The notes: generated from the sequence alone by a model not told the origin. Shown: positions 1 to 13,468, counted from the first letter of the stretch. The stretch: DNA of 64,000 bases from Octopus vulgaris (GCA_951406725.2 OX597837.1:40362001-40426000); one strand, 5' to 3'. Program-made: numbers and translations.

Positions 1-4
1 TATT

Positions 5-25
5 ACATATATATATGTATGTGTT

Positions 26-59
<34 letters not shown>

Positions 60-61
60 CT

Positions 62-125
<64 letters not shown>

Positions 126-300
126 TATGTATATATACTTATATATATATATATACATATATGTATATATACATATATATATTATATATATACACATGTG
201 TGTATGTGCGTACACATATATATCAGTATCTGATTCTTTCCCCATCTCGCTCTCATTTTCTTTACTCAAAGAGCGTGTCACACACACACACACACACACA
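5..300. repeat. (TA)n and (CA)n microsatellites
   Basis: Direct reading; first of many (TA)n/(CA)n tracts in the window. Confidence 0.95.
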
Positions 301-723
301 CATCTTGTTTTCTTCTGAAAATATTGGAATACTATTAAAAACCGTTTTTACGATTCCTGCAAGATTATATTCCTCGTGCAACATATATATATGTAATCAA
401 CTTCAATATGCAACTTTTGCTCTGTATTCATAATCTTTAATCCTGAACAATCCATGAACAACCAAAAGAAAACAGAACCAAAAAAAGGAAGAAGCTGAAA
501 AGGGAAACAGAAAATTAAGAACCTAGAAAAAAAACCGGTGGGGGTTGATATGAAAGTGAATTTATTTGGTTAATACATGGTTAATGTCGTATTTCTTTTG
601 TGATATGATCAAGAAACGTAAGCAGAGAAATGGTATAAAATTATGACTTTATATCTACATACGTGGCATGTAGTATCTGCTTGGTTTAGCGAGATGAATT
701 TTTAATGTTAGATTTTCGTGTAT

Positions 724-1075
724 AGGAGGTGCAGGCGTAGCTATGTGGTAAGCAGCTTCGCTTCTCAACCACATGTGGTTCCGGGTTCAGTCCCACTCCG
801 CGGCAACTTGGGTATGTGTCTTTCCACTGCAGCCTCGGACCGACCAAAGAAGTGTGAGTGGATTTCGTGGATGGAAACTGAAGGAAGCCTGTCGTCTACA
901 TATATGTATATACAGACACAGATACACATATATGTGTATACACACGCACAGAGATACACACAGACACACATATACGTACGCGTTTGTGTCTGTGTTTGTC
1001 CGGAAATCGTGGCTGACAAGAGATGTTGGTTTGACTACGTCCCCGCTACTCATTGGTTCGGCAGATTAAAAGGGC
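724..1075 (+). mobile_element. tRNA-derived SINE family A, diverged copy
   Basis: Head GGCGTAGCTATGTGGTAAG...GGGTTCAGTCCC (A/B-box like), then TTGGG..TGTCTT..ACT..AGCCTCGG.CCGACCAAAG and an internal (TA)(TG) tract; matches 58420-58795. Confidence 0.8.
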
Positions 1076-1239
1076 CCGTCATGTATACATTTATATATAT
1101 TGATGCTTGCGTGTCTGTGTGTCTGTGTAGTAAGCCCCACCAACCACCGCTTGACAACTGGTGCTGGTGTCTTTACGACACACATACACACACATACACA
1201 CACATAAACACACACACACACGCATATATATATAGTTTA

Positions 1240-1305
<66 letters not shown>

Positions 1306-2101
1306 GCATACATGCATATATTAACACATACATATATGCACATATATACCTGCGTAAATGAATGAAAATATACATTTCTCCCTTTATTATGTGTGAATGT
1401 ACAGATGTATGTATGCACGTACGTATGTACCTATGCATACATACATACCCCTTTGCATGCGTGTACGTATGTAAGTGTATATGTTTGTAAAAGTTTACAA
1501 CCGACAGATTACCAAACCGTTTTCGTTCAGTTTTATTATCTGGACTTTGGTGAACAAGAAACACTTTTGCACCAAGTGCTGCGGAATTGCACCGAAGGTG
1601 GAACTATACGACTGCAAAGTCAAATAGTTCTTTAACACCACGATCACACGTTCCTCTGACACACATCTCAACCACACTGCTATCACATTTGAAACGGAAT
1701 CTACCAAAGATTCGTCACCATTATTCATATGCAAATTAATTTTAATACAGAGCTGTAAAATATTGAATGGTTCTGAGAATAATTAATCTGAAAACGATGA
1801 AATATAGAAAGAAACGTTGTTTACACATTGCCAAATTGTCTTTCTTCAAAGTGTCTTGTTTTGGTTCACAGGTGTAATTAATTCTTTGACTGATTGTTCT
1901 TCCAAAAGGTTTGACAGTTACGCAAACTTCCTCGGGGATATACAGAAATAATTCCAAGGAATCAATATCGGTTGTAATTTTTGGTTAAATAATCATAAGT
2001 CATAGAAATAATTATTGTTGCTTCTTCGTTTACATAATCACAGAATTCATAACCGTTGTAAAGTTTGCGTTAACGCATTGGTTTTGATTAATAATAATAA
2101 C

Positions 2102-2158
<57 letters not shown>

Positions 2159-2159
2159 G

Positions 2160-2410
2160 AAAGAAGTATGTCGTACATATGTATATGTATGTGTAAGTGT
2201 TTGTGTGTCTGTGTTTGTCCGCCCAACATCGCTTGACAACCGATGCTAGTGTGTTTACGTCCCCGTAACATAGCGGTTCGGCAATAGAGACCGATGGAAT
2301 AAGTATAAGGCTTACAAAGAATAAGTCCTGGGGTCGATTTGCTCGACTAAAGGCGGTGCTCCAGCATGGCCACAGTCAAATGGCTGAAACAAGTAAAAGA
2401 GTAAAAGAGT
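2160..2410 (+). mobile_element. SINE family A, 3' half
   Basis: CAACATCGCTTGACAACCGATGC...GGCGGTGCTCCAGCATGGCC...AAGTAAAAGAGTAAAAGAG tail. Confidence 0.85.
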
Positions 2411-3269
2411 AACCCTCTTGGGGCCGAGGAAAATATAATCGTATATGGATTCCGCAAGAAAGAAGGGATGGTCATAATTGGTAAGTCTTTGAATATAAAT
2501 ATGCTCAGTTAGAGCTGATTTTTGGCTAAATAGTAACAACAAGAACATCAACAATAGATGCATACATTGCCAGTCAACGAAGCAGAATTTGAATGGTCGG
2601 TCTCACTGCTAAAAATAGCAATTTAAACTTCCTCAAAATTTTATATTAACCTTTTTAAAGAATGAAAGACAGCGAAAATGGTGGGTTTTTGATAGGTTAA
2701 CTATGTGGAAAAAAAAAAGGCACAAGAATGTAATGGTGATACACTTATACCATTATTTTGATCGATAAGAACCTAACCTATGTTTAAATCCGATATATTT
2801 GAGAATAAGAACGAGATGGCATTTACGGCAACACTTTCATCATACATCTGCTGGTTCAGAATTGACCCGGAGCTATGCAACAACGACTACAACACCACCA
2901 TATAACATGATTGTCACAAAACTGCATAAAATCTATATTTTAGGTCATTTTCTGACAGTTTTATCCACCAGGTCTTCAGGTTCCCTGTAGTATTAATTAC
3001 ATCCCTTCCAGAATATTTTTCAGATGCTCTCTTGCCATTTCTCAATAACCTTTCACACACCAATCGGTTGTATTCTCTTTCTAAACTGCAACCAAATCAA
3101 TCAATGGTTTTTCTCGTCTTTCTTTCCTTGAACTCAGCAATAATCTATGGCACTTTGCAGCTATTTTCCTATTCAGCGATTTATCTGCTAGTCGTCGACG
3201 AAGCTTCGAGAAATAACAACAAAATATGCTTCGAATCGCATGCTGCTGTTAAAAAGAAATGTAGGGGGC

Positions 3270-3485
3270 TTATTCTTTTACTTGTTTCGGTCATTTGACT
3301 GCGGCCATGCTGGAACACCGCCTTCAGTCGAGCAAATCGACCCCGGGACTTATTCTTTGTAAGGCCAATACTAAATCTGTCGGGTTCTTTTGCCGATTTG
3401 CCGAGAAGCTAATGGACGGGGACATAAACACACCAGCATCGGTTGTCAAGCAATGCTTGGGAGACAAACACAGACATACAGACAA

Positions 3486-3562
<77 letters not shown>

Positions 3563-3573
3563 CACACACACGG

Positions 3574-3604
<31 letters not shown>

Positions 3605-3786
3605 CATACATATATATATATACGACTGGCTTCTATCAGTTTCCGTCTACCAAATCCACTCACAAGGCTTTGGTCGGCCCGAGGCTATAGTAGGAGACAC
3701 TCGCCCAAGGTGCCACGCAGTGGGACTGAACACGGAACCAGGTGGCTGGTAAGCAAGTTACTTACCACACAGCCACTCTTGCGCCT
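3270..3786 (-). mobile_element. SINE family A, near full length
   Basis: Reverse complement of 58420-58795 with an expanded internal microsatellite. Confidence 0.9.
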
Positions 3787-4073
3787 ATTGAATTGTTGAA
3801 ATGAAAAGTTTATTGGAAAGTACAGACCTAGATAGATTTTGCTCGAATAAGATGTCGTGTCGCCGTAACGAGAAACCCTTTTCATCATAGATACATGTTC
3901 CTTTGCTGGGCTGTAAACAACAATAATAACAAGAACAACATCGACAACTCCATAACTGTTTTCTTATCTTATAATTTATTTCCTCGTCGGCAATAAGACT
4001 TTGAGATATAACAGCCAAATGTGCCCCAAATTGCCCTTTACTGTTAATCATAAGTTCGGTCATATTGACAAGT

Positions 4074-4239
4074 AGACGTAGGAGTGGCTGTGTGGTAACT
4101 AGCTTGCTTACCAACCAAATGGTTCTGGGTTCAGTCCCACTGCGTGGCACCGTGAGCTAGTGTTTTCTACTATAGCCTCGGGTCGACCAAAGCCTTGTAA
4201 GTGGATTTGGTAGACGGAAACTGAAAGAAGCCCGTCGTA

Positions 4240-4301
<62 letters not shown>

Positions 4302-4530
4302 TATGAGTGTGCGTGTGTGTGTGTGTATATGTATGTGTTTGTATGTGTTTGTGTGTCTATGTTTGTCTCCACAACATCGCTTGACAACCGATGCTGGTGT
4401 GTTTACGTCCCCGTAACTTAGCGATTCGGCAATAGAGCCCGATAGAATAAGTACTAGGCTTTAAAATAATAAGTCCTGGTGTCGATTTGCTCGACTAAAG
4501 GCGGTGCTCCAGTATGGCCACAGGCAAATG
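4074..4530 (+). mobile_element. SINE family A, near full length
   Basis: GGAGTGGCTGTGTGGTAA head through GGCGGTGCTCCAG; lies head-to-head with the 3270-3786 copy. Confidence 0.9.
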
Positions 4531-4742
4531 AAGTTTCTGGTGGTGGTGATGGCGGGGGGAGGATAAGTCGATTACATCAATTCTAGAGATCATCTGGTAC
4601 TTATTTTATCGAATCTGAATGGATGACATGTATGTGATGACCTCGGTGGAATTCGATCTGACATCGTAAAAACGGACGAAATGCCGCTAAATCCGGGGAG
4701 TTAGCGATGCAGTCAGATCCCTGGTCTTATAGTAATTTATAG

Positions 4743-5049
4743 CTGCTGTTTGTTCCTTCTCGAGCCATGCCTGGCTCATAAGGGCCGGTTTCCCGGTTTC
4801 ATTGGCGTGTAGGTTCCCCACCTGGACGGGACACCGGTCCGTTGCAGGTGAGCTACAAGATGCAGGAGGAAAGAGTGAGAGAAAGTTGTGGCGAAAGAGT
4901 CAGCAGAGGTTCGCCATTACCTTCTGCTGGAGCCACGTGGAACCTAGGTGTTTCGCTCATAAACACACATTTCGCCTGGTCTGAGATCCAAACCCGCGAT
5001 CCTTCGAGCGCGTGTCCGCTGCTCTAACCACTAGGCCATGTGCCTCCAC
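4743..5049 (-). mobile_element. tRNA-derived SINE family C (V-SINE-like central domain) with 12-bp TSD
   Basis: Minus-strand head GTGGAGGCACATGGCCTAGTGGTTAGAGC; CCTGCAACGGACCGGTGTCCCGTCCAGG resembles the V-SINE core; TSD AGTAATTTATAG at 4731-4742 and 5050-5061. Confidence 0.8.
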
Positions 5050-5316
5050 AGTAATTTATAGTACTGCGTGTTAATTGCTTCAACTTCATCCAGCTTCAAA
5101 TTTTCTCAGTCTATGAAAGTTGAATAAAGCTAGAGTAAAACCTACTGTATTTGCAGCGTATAAAGTAATATTAATATACAGTATATTGTTTATTCACTCA
5201 GTAAATCACATTTCTGCTTGAGAGGATGAGAGATAAACGCCTGTAGAGTTAATTAACTTGGAACACCGTCAATGTGGGCGCCTGTCGTGCAGAGTATATA
5301 TTTGTGTGTATGTATG

Positions 5317-5569
5317 CCTTCGAAACACGCTGGAGCCGAACTAGTGACAGCTGATGAAGGGGATTTTCCCTTGTGTAGTATGTCCTGTACTCTGTTTTTT
5401 CTGTTGTAAAAAAATGTTTTTTCCGTTTTCGTTTCTCGTCGAGTTCTACGTCTAGTTGTGGTGTCTTGTACTCACGTGTATATATATTTATATATGCATG
5501 TATATATACATGTAGATGTAGGTACGTACATATATGTTTGTATGTATGCATATATTTTATTTATTACAC
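5317..5569 (+). mobile_element. Dispersed repeat, probable Penelope-derived cassette with permuted HHR-like motif
   Basis: High-identity inverted copy at 56533-56785; ends in (TA)n; CCTTC-GAAAC...CTGATGA-AGGGG at 5317-5362. Confidence 0.7.
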
Positions 5570-5596
5570 TATATATATATATATATATATATATCT

Positions 5597-5760
5597 TTGT
5601 TGCCTACAAGGGGCTAAACATATAGGGGACAAACAAGGCCAGACAAAGGGATTAAGTCGATTACATCGACCCCAGTGCGAAACCGGTACTTTATATATCG
5701 ATCCCGAATGGATGAAAGGCAAAGTCGACCTCGGCGGAATTTGAACCCAGAACGTAACGA
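5597..5760 (-). mobile_element. SINE family B fragment
   Basis: GATGAAAGGCAAAGTCGACCTCGGCGGAATTTGAAC shared with 26474-26705. Confidence 0.85.
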
Positions 5761-5823
5761 GAGACCTAAATGTCTGGATGTTTTGCATTCTTGTCCCATT
5801 TTGTATTTTATATATATTTAAAC

Positions 5824-5887
5824 CACCTGATGAATGACTGTAACTCGAAAATTTAAAGAAATTAACAGCCATGAAACGATCGTAGTG
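5824..5887 (+). ncRNA. Type I hammerhead ribozyme, canonical core
   Basis: CAC-CTGATGA-ATGACTGT...ACAGCCAT-GAAA-CGATCG-TA-GTG: stem I CAC/GTG, stem II 7 of 8 bp, palindromic stem III ACGAUCGU, GUA site (cut after 5884). The cassette ~5770-6077 ends in (TA)n. Confidence 0.85.
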
Positions 5888-6073
5888 TTATATTAATTAT
5901 ATTTTTTTAATAATTTTGTTATATATTTAAGTAATATAAATTAAATAATCTTATGTATAGCTTCAAGCATTGTATGATTTGCCTAATAGTGGTTTTGTCT
6001 CTAATTTAATATAATATAATATTTTATTATAAAATTGATTCAATCCTAAATCTGATTTTTCCCTGTAAGTTTG

Positions 6074-6139
<66 letters not shown>

Positions 6140-6739
6140 ATATATATATTGATATAGTCACACACACTTTAAAGGCGCATGCGTGGGTGGGTGGTGAACA
6201 GTATGAATACCGATAGAAACAGTACTGCATGTATTAGAAAAAAAAACATGTACTGGAAATTGATTTGTTTCCTTAAGCACTTCAAGGCAATGCCCCAGCA
6301 AGGCCGCAAAACCGATGACTGAAAATGGCTCAAAAGATAAACGAGTGAAGTTAGAAGAAATAGACGTCAGGTGTTCAGTATATCTAACTTCTCCATCAAT
6401 GTGAAGCCCAGGCTATGGAAAATAACTGTATTTATTATTTATTAATTCTAAACCCTTGCGTAATTGTTGCTTTGTGATCTTTGAATGTTTTGTGGGTTTT
6501 CCTTTTGGTTTTGTTTCTGTTGGTTTCTAATGTGTAGTTAATATATCGCCATATTGCAGCTACCACTCGTCAGTTCGGTTCTCGAAAGCATGCAACGAAG
6601 GAGCTTGTGCAATTAATTTTCTTTTTCTAACAGAGATCAAATAAAAACGTGCGCTATTTTTGTGTGTACAAACACGCACACACCACGACACCTGCGCACC
6701 CGAGCACTTATTTATATTCGCACATGTTTAAATATGCAT

Positions 6740-6759
6740 AATGCATATACATATATATA

Positions 6760-6795
<36 letters not shown>

Positions 6796-6928
6796 TGTAT
6801 GTATGTATGTATGTATGTATGTGTGTATGTATGTATGTATATATGTATATATATATATGCATATATATATGTATATATATATATACTGATATCTATCTAT
6901 CTATCTATCTATATATGCATACTTACAT

Positions 6929-6998
<70 letters not shown>

Positions 6999-7300
6999 TT
7001 GCATATACATAGGGAGAGATTTTGGTGCAATATGTTTATGGATATACATATATATACACATATATATTCACATATATATATGCATATGTATATATATATA
7101 TATATATATATATGCATATATGTATATGAACATACATACATACTTATATACATACATATTTTAATATATAAGCGGATGCTCTATCAAGGATTTGTATAAT
7201 ATATATATATATGCATATATATACACACATTCACATACACACACACGTACACACATACGTACACACACACCTACACCCACACCCACACACACTCACTCAC
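6740..7300. repeat. Compound (TA)n/(TATG)n/(CA)n microsatellite
   Basis: Direct reading. Confidence 0.95.
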
Positions 7301-8079
7301 GCACAAATATATTGTGGTACTAGAAATGTCAGTAGTTTGGTTTAGAATTTATTGCTTCATCACGTCAGCAGGTGATATTTGTGAATAGAAGCTAATTTTA
7401 AAATGTAGTAACGTTATATCAATTAATTTTAATGTGTTCTAAATATGCAGTAATCCACGGTTTTTAACTCTTATACAACGAGGTTGATCATAAATAGTTG
7501 AAGCTTTTACATTCATTTCTTGTCTGTCTTTCTTTTTTTTTTTTTTTTGCTGTTTCATTTTGTCTTTAATCATTATTCCTATTGTAAAGAGATTTGCAAA
7601 TACAGGGAAACGTCACAAAGCTACATAATAGCGAAGTTTAAAATATAATTCGGAAGAAAAGAATAGAAATGTAATAAGTACCGGTTTTGCAGTTTGACTA
7701 AGAAACTCGCTTGCCAACCATGTGGTTTCGGATCGGATTATATAAGTAACTGGTACTTATTTAATCAACCCCGAAAGAACGAAAGGCGAAGTCGACCTCG
7801 GCGGAATTTGAACTCAGCGGTAACGTTTCTGCCAGCCATTATATACATAGAGTAACTTCCTAGTAAAGTTAATACCCGTTTAAGTACGCATCTCAGATGA
7901 GAACGCGCAAAATCTTCAAGAATCCCAGGTTTGACTTTATCAACATTGATGAACATCTAAATAGGTAATAAACGGCTTAAGGTATGTGATTTTTCCTAAG
8001 CTAAGCTGAATACAAATGAAGTCTTGGAAGCTATAGAGTCACTCAAGAATAGAAGATGAACATTATTTGTAATTCAGTG

Positions 8080-8320
8080 GTACAACAGTGTTTGCTTTGA
8101 GATACACTTACATTGTGATTTCTGTAATGTGGAGAGGCATCATTGCCCCCACTGATCCAGTTGCAAAGTTTTATTTCGAGTAAATTTATTTGTTGCAGAC
8201 CTCCTTTGAGTCTTTTTATTATCACTTGATCAAAGATAATCCCCAGATGGTAACATTAATTCCAAGCCTTTCCAGATATGTGATTGGTCATTCATAGAGA
8301 TTTATAGATTGCAAATTTAT
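8080..8320 (-). pseudogene. Possible highly decayed LINE reverse transcriptase fragment
   Basis: Minus strand gives HLGIIFDQ (like the RT motif YLGxxFD), followed by a frameshifted ...INLL.K..W.G segment; weak. Confidence 0.3.
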
Positions 8321-9094
8321 TCTCCTTCATTTACCTATCGGCATAGTGATCATTGGCAAACTCCAGAGGTGACACTTTCATTTCCCCTTAGCCCTCACGT
8401 CACACAGCTGTTAATGTGTATTTGAGTTGTGTGACGCCCTTAAAATTGCTAAAGATCCGTCATGTATCTTACGGCTGTGCCGGTCACCTGTATGGTGAGG
8501 AATCCTACATTGGGGAGTGGTAACAACTAGGGTAGGGTGGCTGACTGCGTATTTTGATCATTCGTCTTTTGGTTTTCTCTAACTTTGCTCACTTTTACAA
8601 ACCCAGTGAACATTCATATATTTCTGATTTCAAAGAAATATGAACAATAGATATAAGACACAAATATATACACATATACGACGGGTTTCCTTCACTCTTC
8701 GTTCATGAAATCATGAAATATACTGATAAGGATATCGTCAGCCTAAGGCTATAGAAGAGGTGCGATGCAGTGGGACTGAAACCTGAACCACGTAGTTGAG
8801 AATCAAACCTCTTACCACGCTTTCACATCTTTGCTAATTCACACAACCCCATTATATGTATGTAAGAATATATATATATATATATATAATTAATTAAGGG
8901 TAGAAATTGATATTAATCAATTAAAACCAGTGGCCTAGTATATTTTTTAAAAATCCGAAGATAAAACTGGACAGTCTGTATGCTAGATATACACGTCAAA
9001 ATCGCCATTTTCCACGAAGAATTCATTAAAAAATCAAAGTGTAAAAATAAGCAAGACGAATGAAAATATACGAAATAAAAAGCGATTACCCATA

Positions 9095-9185
<91 letters not shown>

Positions 9186-9836
9186 TGGGGGGGGTCTGTG
9201 TGTGTGTAGCGATTCATCATATTTACACCGGAGTGTATGCTGAACCAGAAAACAAATACCAATGTACTTTGGAGGAGACGTTAACAAACAAAGAAAAATA
9301 CATTTTTATGAACTTCGCTTTATGTAAAAACAAAAAAGCGAAAAAAAAAATCGAATTCAGATTAAGAGTTTTTCTTTGCCATCTCTCTTTCTTTCTCTCC
9401 TTCCCTCTCTTTTTCTTTCTTTGCACACACACACAACACATATATATATATACACACACACATATCTTTAATCTGTTTACCTGTCCACATATCTGTCACT
9501 ATTTAGGTTTTCAATAACCATGGGCAAAAATCAATGGAGCGTTTTAATAAACAGCTATAGACCGTGGGGTAAAAAGAAAAATATTTCCATGATGTTTTTT
9601 GTGGTTTTTTTTTTTTTTCGAAAATAAATAGGCTCTGAACAATTAATGAGGAAATGATTCCCATAGTTCAATAGAAATGGCTTTGGGCTTATTACAGTGA
9701 AAAACTTGCTTAAGCATTGTCACTATAATAATAATTCATTAACTGTTTGCTTTCTTTTATTTTATTTCTTCTTTGCCAATCTCTGTCATCTCTATAAACA
9801 GACAACCCCACATACACATACACACACAAATACTTG

Positions 9837-9905
<69 letters not shown>

Positions 9906-10782
9906 TTATGTATGTATATATATATAAATATGTATGTATTTGTATTCACACACACACACACATATATATACCGTTATATATATATGTGTGTATAGATATA
10001 TATACATATATAGATAGAGATATAAGTACATATAAGTACATATACATATCTGTCTATCTATCTATTTATCTATATATCCATCCATCCATCCATCCATCCA
10101 TACAGTCATACATGCATATATACATACATACACACATCTATGTGTGTGTGAGTTTGTGCGTGTGTGTACGTATGCCTGTGTGTATGTGCGTCTGTATGTG
10201 CATGCGTGTGTATGTGTGTGTGTGTAAGTGCGTGCGTGGGAGTGTGTGTTTGTTTTCCTGTATTTATATTTATCTATATTTATAATAAACATGAATATCC
10301 GACATCGTCAGAAAGTATTTGATTTGATTTCTGTCTCCATTTTCGACGTAGTGTTTGTACTTTACTACTTTCGGCTTTCGGAAAATATGGAACACAGTAA
10401 GGACAAAAGTCAATAAAATATTGTAATGAATTAGTTGGTAGTAGAACATCATACATCCATACACAAAATATCTTGACAGGAAGACAGACACAACTGTAAC
10501 ATTTAATGTATGATAGACCTTTTGCCTTTTAAATGTCCATCAGAAAAATATTGAACCAATATCCTTTCCATCCTTTTCTATACTCTAATATTCTTGGGAG
10601 AATCCTGATGTACTTCTTCCATAGAATCCCATAAGAAACAACGGTCATAGCACTTCCTGTTTAATTCCAAGGCGTGACTAGTTTACGTTATGAATGTTGA
10701 TTAATAAGGAGGCGAACTGGCTGCATCTTTAGTACGCCGAGTATGATGCTTAGCAGCATTTCGTCCGTCTTAACATATATAT

Positions 10783-10971
10783 AGGGAGAGTTAACGAAGA
10801 AAACAAAAGACGAAGGCAGGTGGTGTACAAAACAAACAGATGTATTAGTATAACGCTCAGGAATAGAAAAAGTCTTTTACGTTTCGAGCCTGCGCTCTTC
10901 TACAGAGAGAGACACAGAAAAAAACAAGGAGAGAAAATATGTGTGTAGTGGCTAACGATCTATCATGGCGA

Positions 10972-10975
<4 letters not shown>
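10783..10975 (-). mobile_element. ~195-bp (TA)n-flanked cassette carrying a minimal HHR with A6U core (10874-10909)
   Basis: Minus strand CTGTAGA-A-GAGC-GCAG-GCTC-GAAAC-GTA-AAAG; close second copy at 57121-57312. Confidence 0.75.
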
Positions 10976-11038
<63 letters not shown>

Positions 11039-11054
11039 GGAGACGTATATACAG

Positions 11055-11275
11055 CACCATCGGTTGTCAAGCGATGTTGAAGGGACTAACACATACGTAT
11101 ATATATATACATATATACGGCGAGCTTCTTTTCAGTTTCTGTCTACCAAATCTACTCACAAGGCTTTCATCGGACCGAGCTATAGTAGAAGACACTTACC
11201 CAAGGTGCCACGCTCTGGGACTAAGCCCAGAACCATGTGGCTGGTAAGCAAGCTACTTAGCACACAGACACTCCT
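11055..11275 (-). mobile_element. SINE family A, 5' two-thirds
   Basis: CATCGGTTGTCAAGCGATG...CCCAAGGTGCCACGC...GGTAAGCAAGCTACTTA. Confidence 0.85.
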
Positions 11276-11410
11276 AATTATATATATTTATACACACACA
11301 CACACACATATATATTTATATAAATAAGGATAAGATCATTATTTAAATACCGATCTTAGGTGGCCAGCATGGGAATAAAAACCTTCAAAGGTAATAACTA
11401 TTATTGAAAT

Positions 11411-11577
11411 TATAATTTAGGGTATCCAAGAGATACCACCACGCTGGAAATAGCAGCCAAAACTTGACTAAAAAACCACATTAAATTTTCATACAGCACC
11501 AGGAGACAAGGTACTGTATCAACATCTAATGTGGCTATTTCCAGCGTGGTGGAATCTCTTAGATACCCTAAATTATA
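11411..11577 (-). repeat. Fold-back cassette: 44-bp inverted arms around a nested hairpin (decayed HHR-like fold 11476-11534)
   Basis: TATAATTTAGGGTATCCAAGAGATACCACCACGCTGGAAATAGC versus its reverse complement at 11534-11577 (2 mismatches). Confidence 0.8.
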
Positions 11578-11745
11578 TATATATATATATATACGTTACC
11601 GAAATATTAGCGTCATGCAGTGTTTATGTATAAGTAAAGTTCTTAGGTTAGTTAAAATCTGTTGTGACGTATTTCAACTGTTGAAAGGCAAATTCACTGC
11701 AGTTACCATGGAGATGTTTCTAGCTCCTTAGATTTTAATCAATGG

Positions 11746-11834
<89 letters not shown>

Positions 11835-11838
11835 AGTG

Positions 11839-11871
<33 letters not shown>

Positions 11872-12489
11872 CCATATAACCACACGTACTTTTCGTGAAC
11901 TATTTTCTCTCGAGTTTTCCGTAGACAAGTAAACCCTTAACGCAATTCTGTAGCAAACATTTAGTTTTCGTTCATCCATTTTCGCACACAGGGCTAGGGA
12001 TCAAACGAGAGCAGAAAATATCACGCAAGGAGCAGGACCTCAAGATTAAGATGTGACCATCGAAGTCCCCGTTCAATCTCCTTTACGTGGAAAACTTGGA
12101 CTGAGGCAATTTCCTTTAGCCCCAGATCAGAAAGCACTTATACGCATCCACAGACACACGCTCTTATTTTAAGCAACCAAGAAATCGTTAAATAATATAT
12201 TTTGCTGTTTAATTGAGTTCCACGTGTTCCTCATGATGAGAGCAAATTATTCAATTAATTAATTCTGCTATAATTATCCACTCATATACACAATAACGAA
12301 CTCAAACGAAAACTTACCATATTTCCTTTGTTACTTAGTAAAACAATAAAGCCGGGGAAAAAAATCTAATATCATCTCATTTATATATTTATGATCTCTT
12401 AGGAAATTAAAGGGGAAATTAATATGCTTGTGTATGCACGCACTCACACACACAAACACAAAGGCACATGTGTGTATGTGTGTGTGAGT

Positions 12490-12600
12490 CCGTCCGTGAC
12501 TGTCCAAGCACGTACGCCTGTATCCCAGGGGTGACAGTTCGAATCCTGTAGCCGTCTGCAGGCAACATTTACCCCGTCTAATAAGGGTAACATACCCAGT
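12490..12600 (+). mobile_element. tRNA-derived SINE-like repeat family E
   Basis: B-box GTTCGAATCC followed by ...CAACATTTACC...ATAAGGGTA...ACCC; similar to 41470-41580. Confidence 0.45.
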
Positions 12601-12655
12601 CTTTTTGCTATTTTCACGGCTTTACTGCGTTCGAAATATTCGTTCCTTGTCTCTA

Positions 12656-12762
<107 letters not shown>

Positions 12763-12804
12763 GTATAAATATATATATAAATATATGTGTGTGCGTGTGT
12801 GTGC

Positions 12805-12939
12805 TTTATTCTTTAATTCTTCTACTTGTTTCAGTCAATTTGACTGCAGCCATGCTAGAGCACCGCCTTTAGTCCAACAAATCAACCCCAGGACTTTGTA
12901 AGCCTAGTACTAATTCTATGAATACACATACATACATTT

Positions 12940-12975
<36 letters not shown>

Positions 12976-13127
12976 GACGGGCTTCTTTAAGTTTCCATCT
13001 TCCAAACCCACTCACAAGGCCTTGGTTAGCCCGAGGCTATAGTAGAAACACTTGCTCCAGGTACCACGCAGTGGGATTGCACCCGGAATCAAATTGTTGG
13101 TAAGCAAACTTCTTACCACATACCCAC

Positions 13128-13128
<1 letters not shown>
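12805..13128 (-). mobile_element. SINE family A, internally deleted
   Basis: 3' tail and 5' head both recognisable. Confidence 0.8.
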
Positions 13129-13211
<83 letters not shown>

Positions 13212-13333
13212 TGAGTTGAGTGTAGAAATTCGGGGTGAGTACTTGGTAATTATAAGCACCTGTGTATACCGTTTGGTGGTGTAGGTGGTGGAGTAAATTG
13301 ATCAAAATAAAAACATGATGCCAAGGATTCAGC

Positions 13334-13388
<55 letters not shown>

Positions 13389-13468
13389 AATTGCAGCGTG
13401 GAAGGTGTTTATAAGCCATTTAAGAAACACACAAAAGCCGTTCGATTCACTTCAACATTTAAGTTTAA

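Noticed and set aside
12225-12275. ATGATGAGAGCA...TGCT resembling an HHR 5' half
   Set aside because: No GAAA or stem III follows; at most a remnant.
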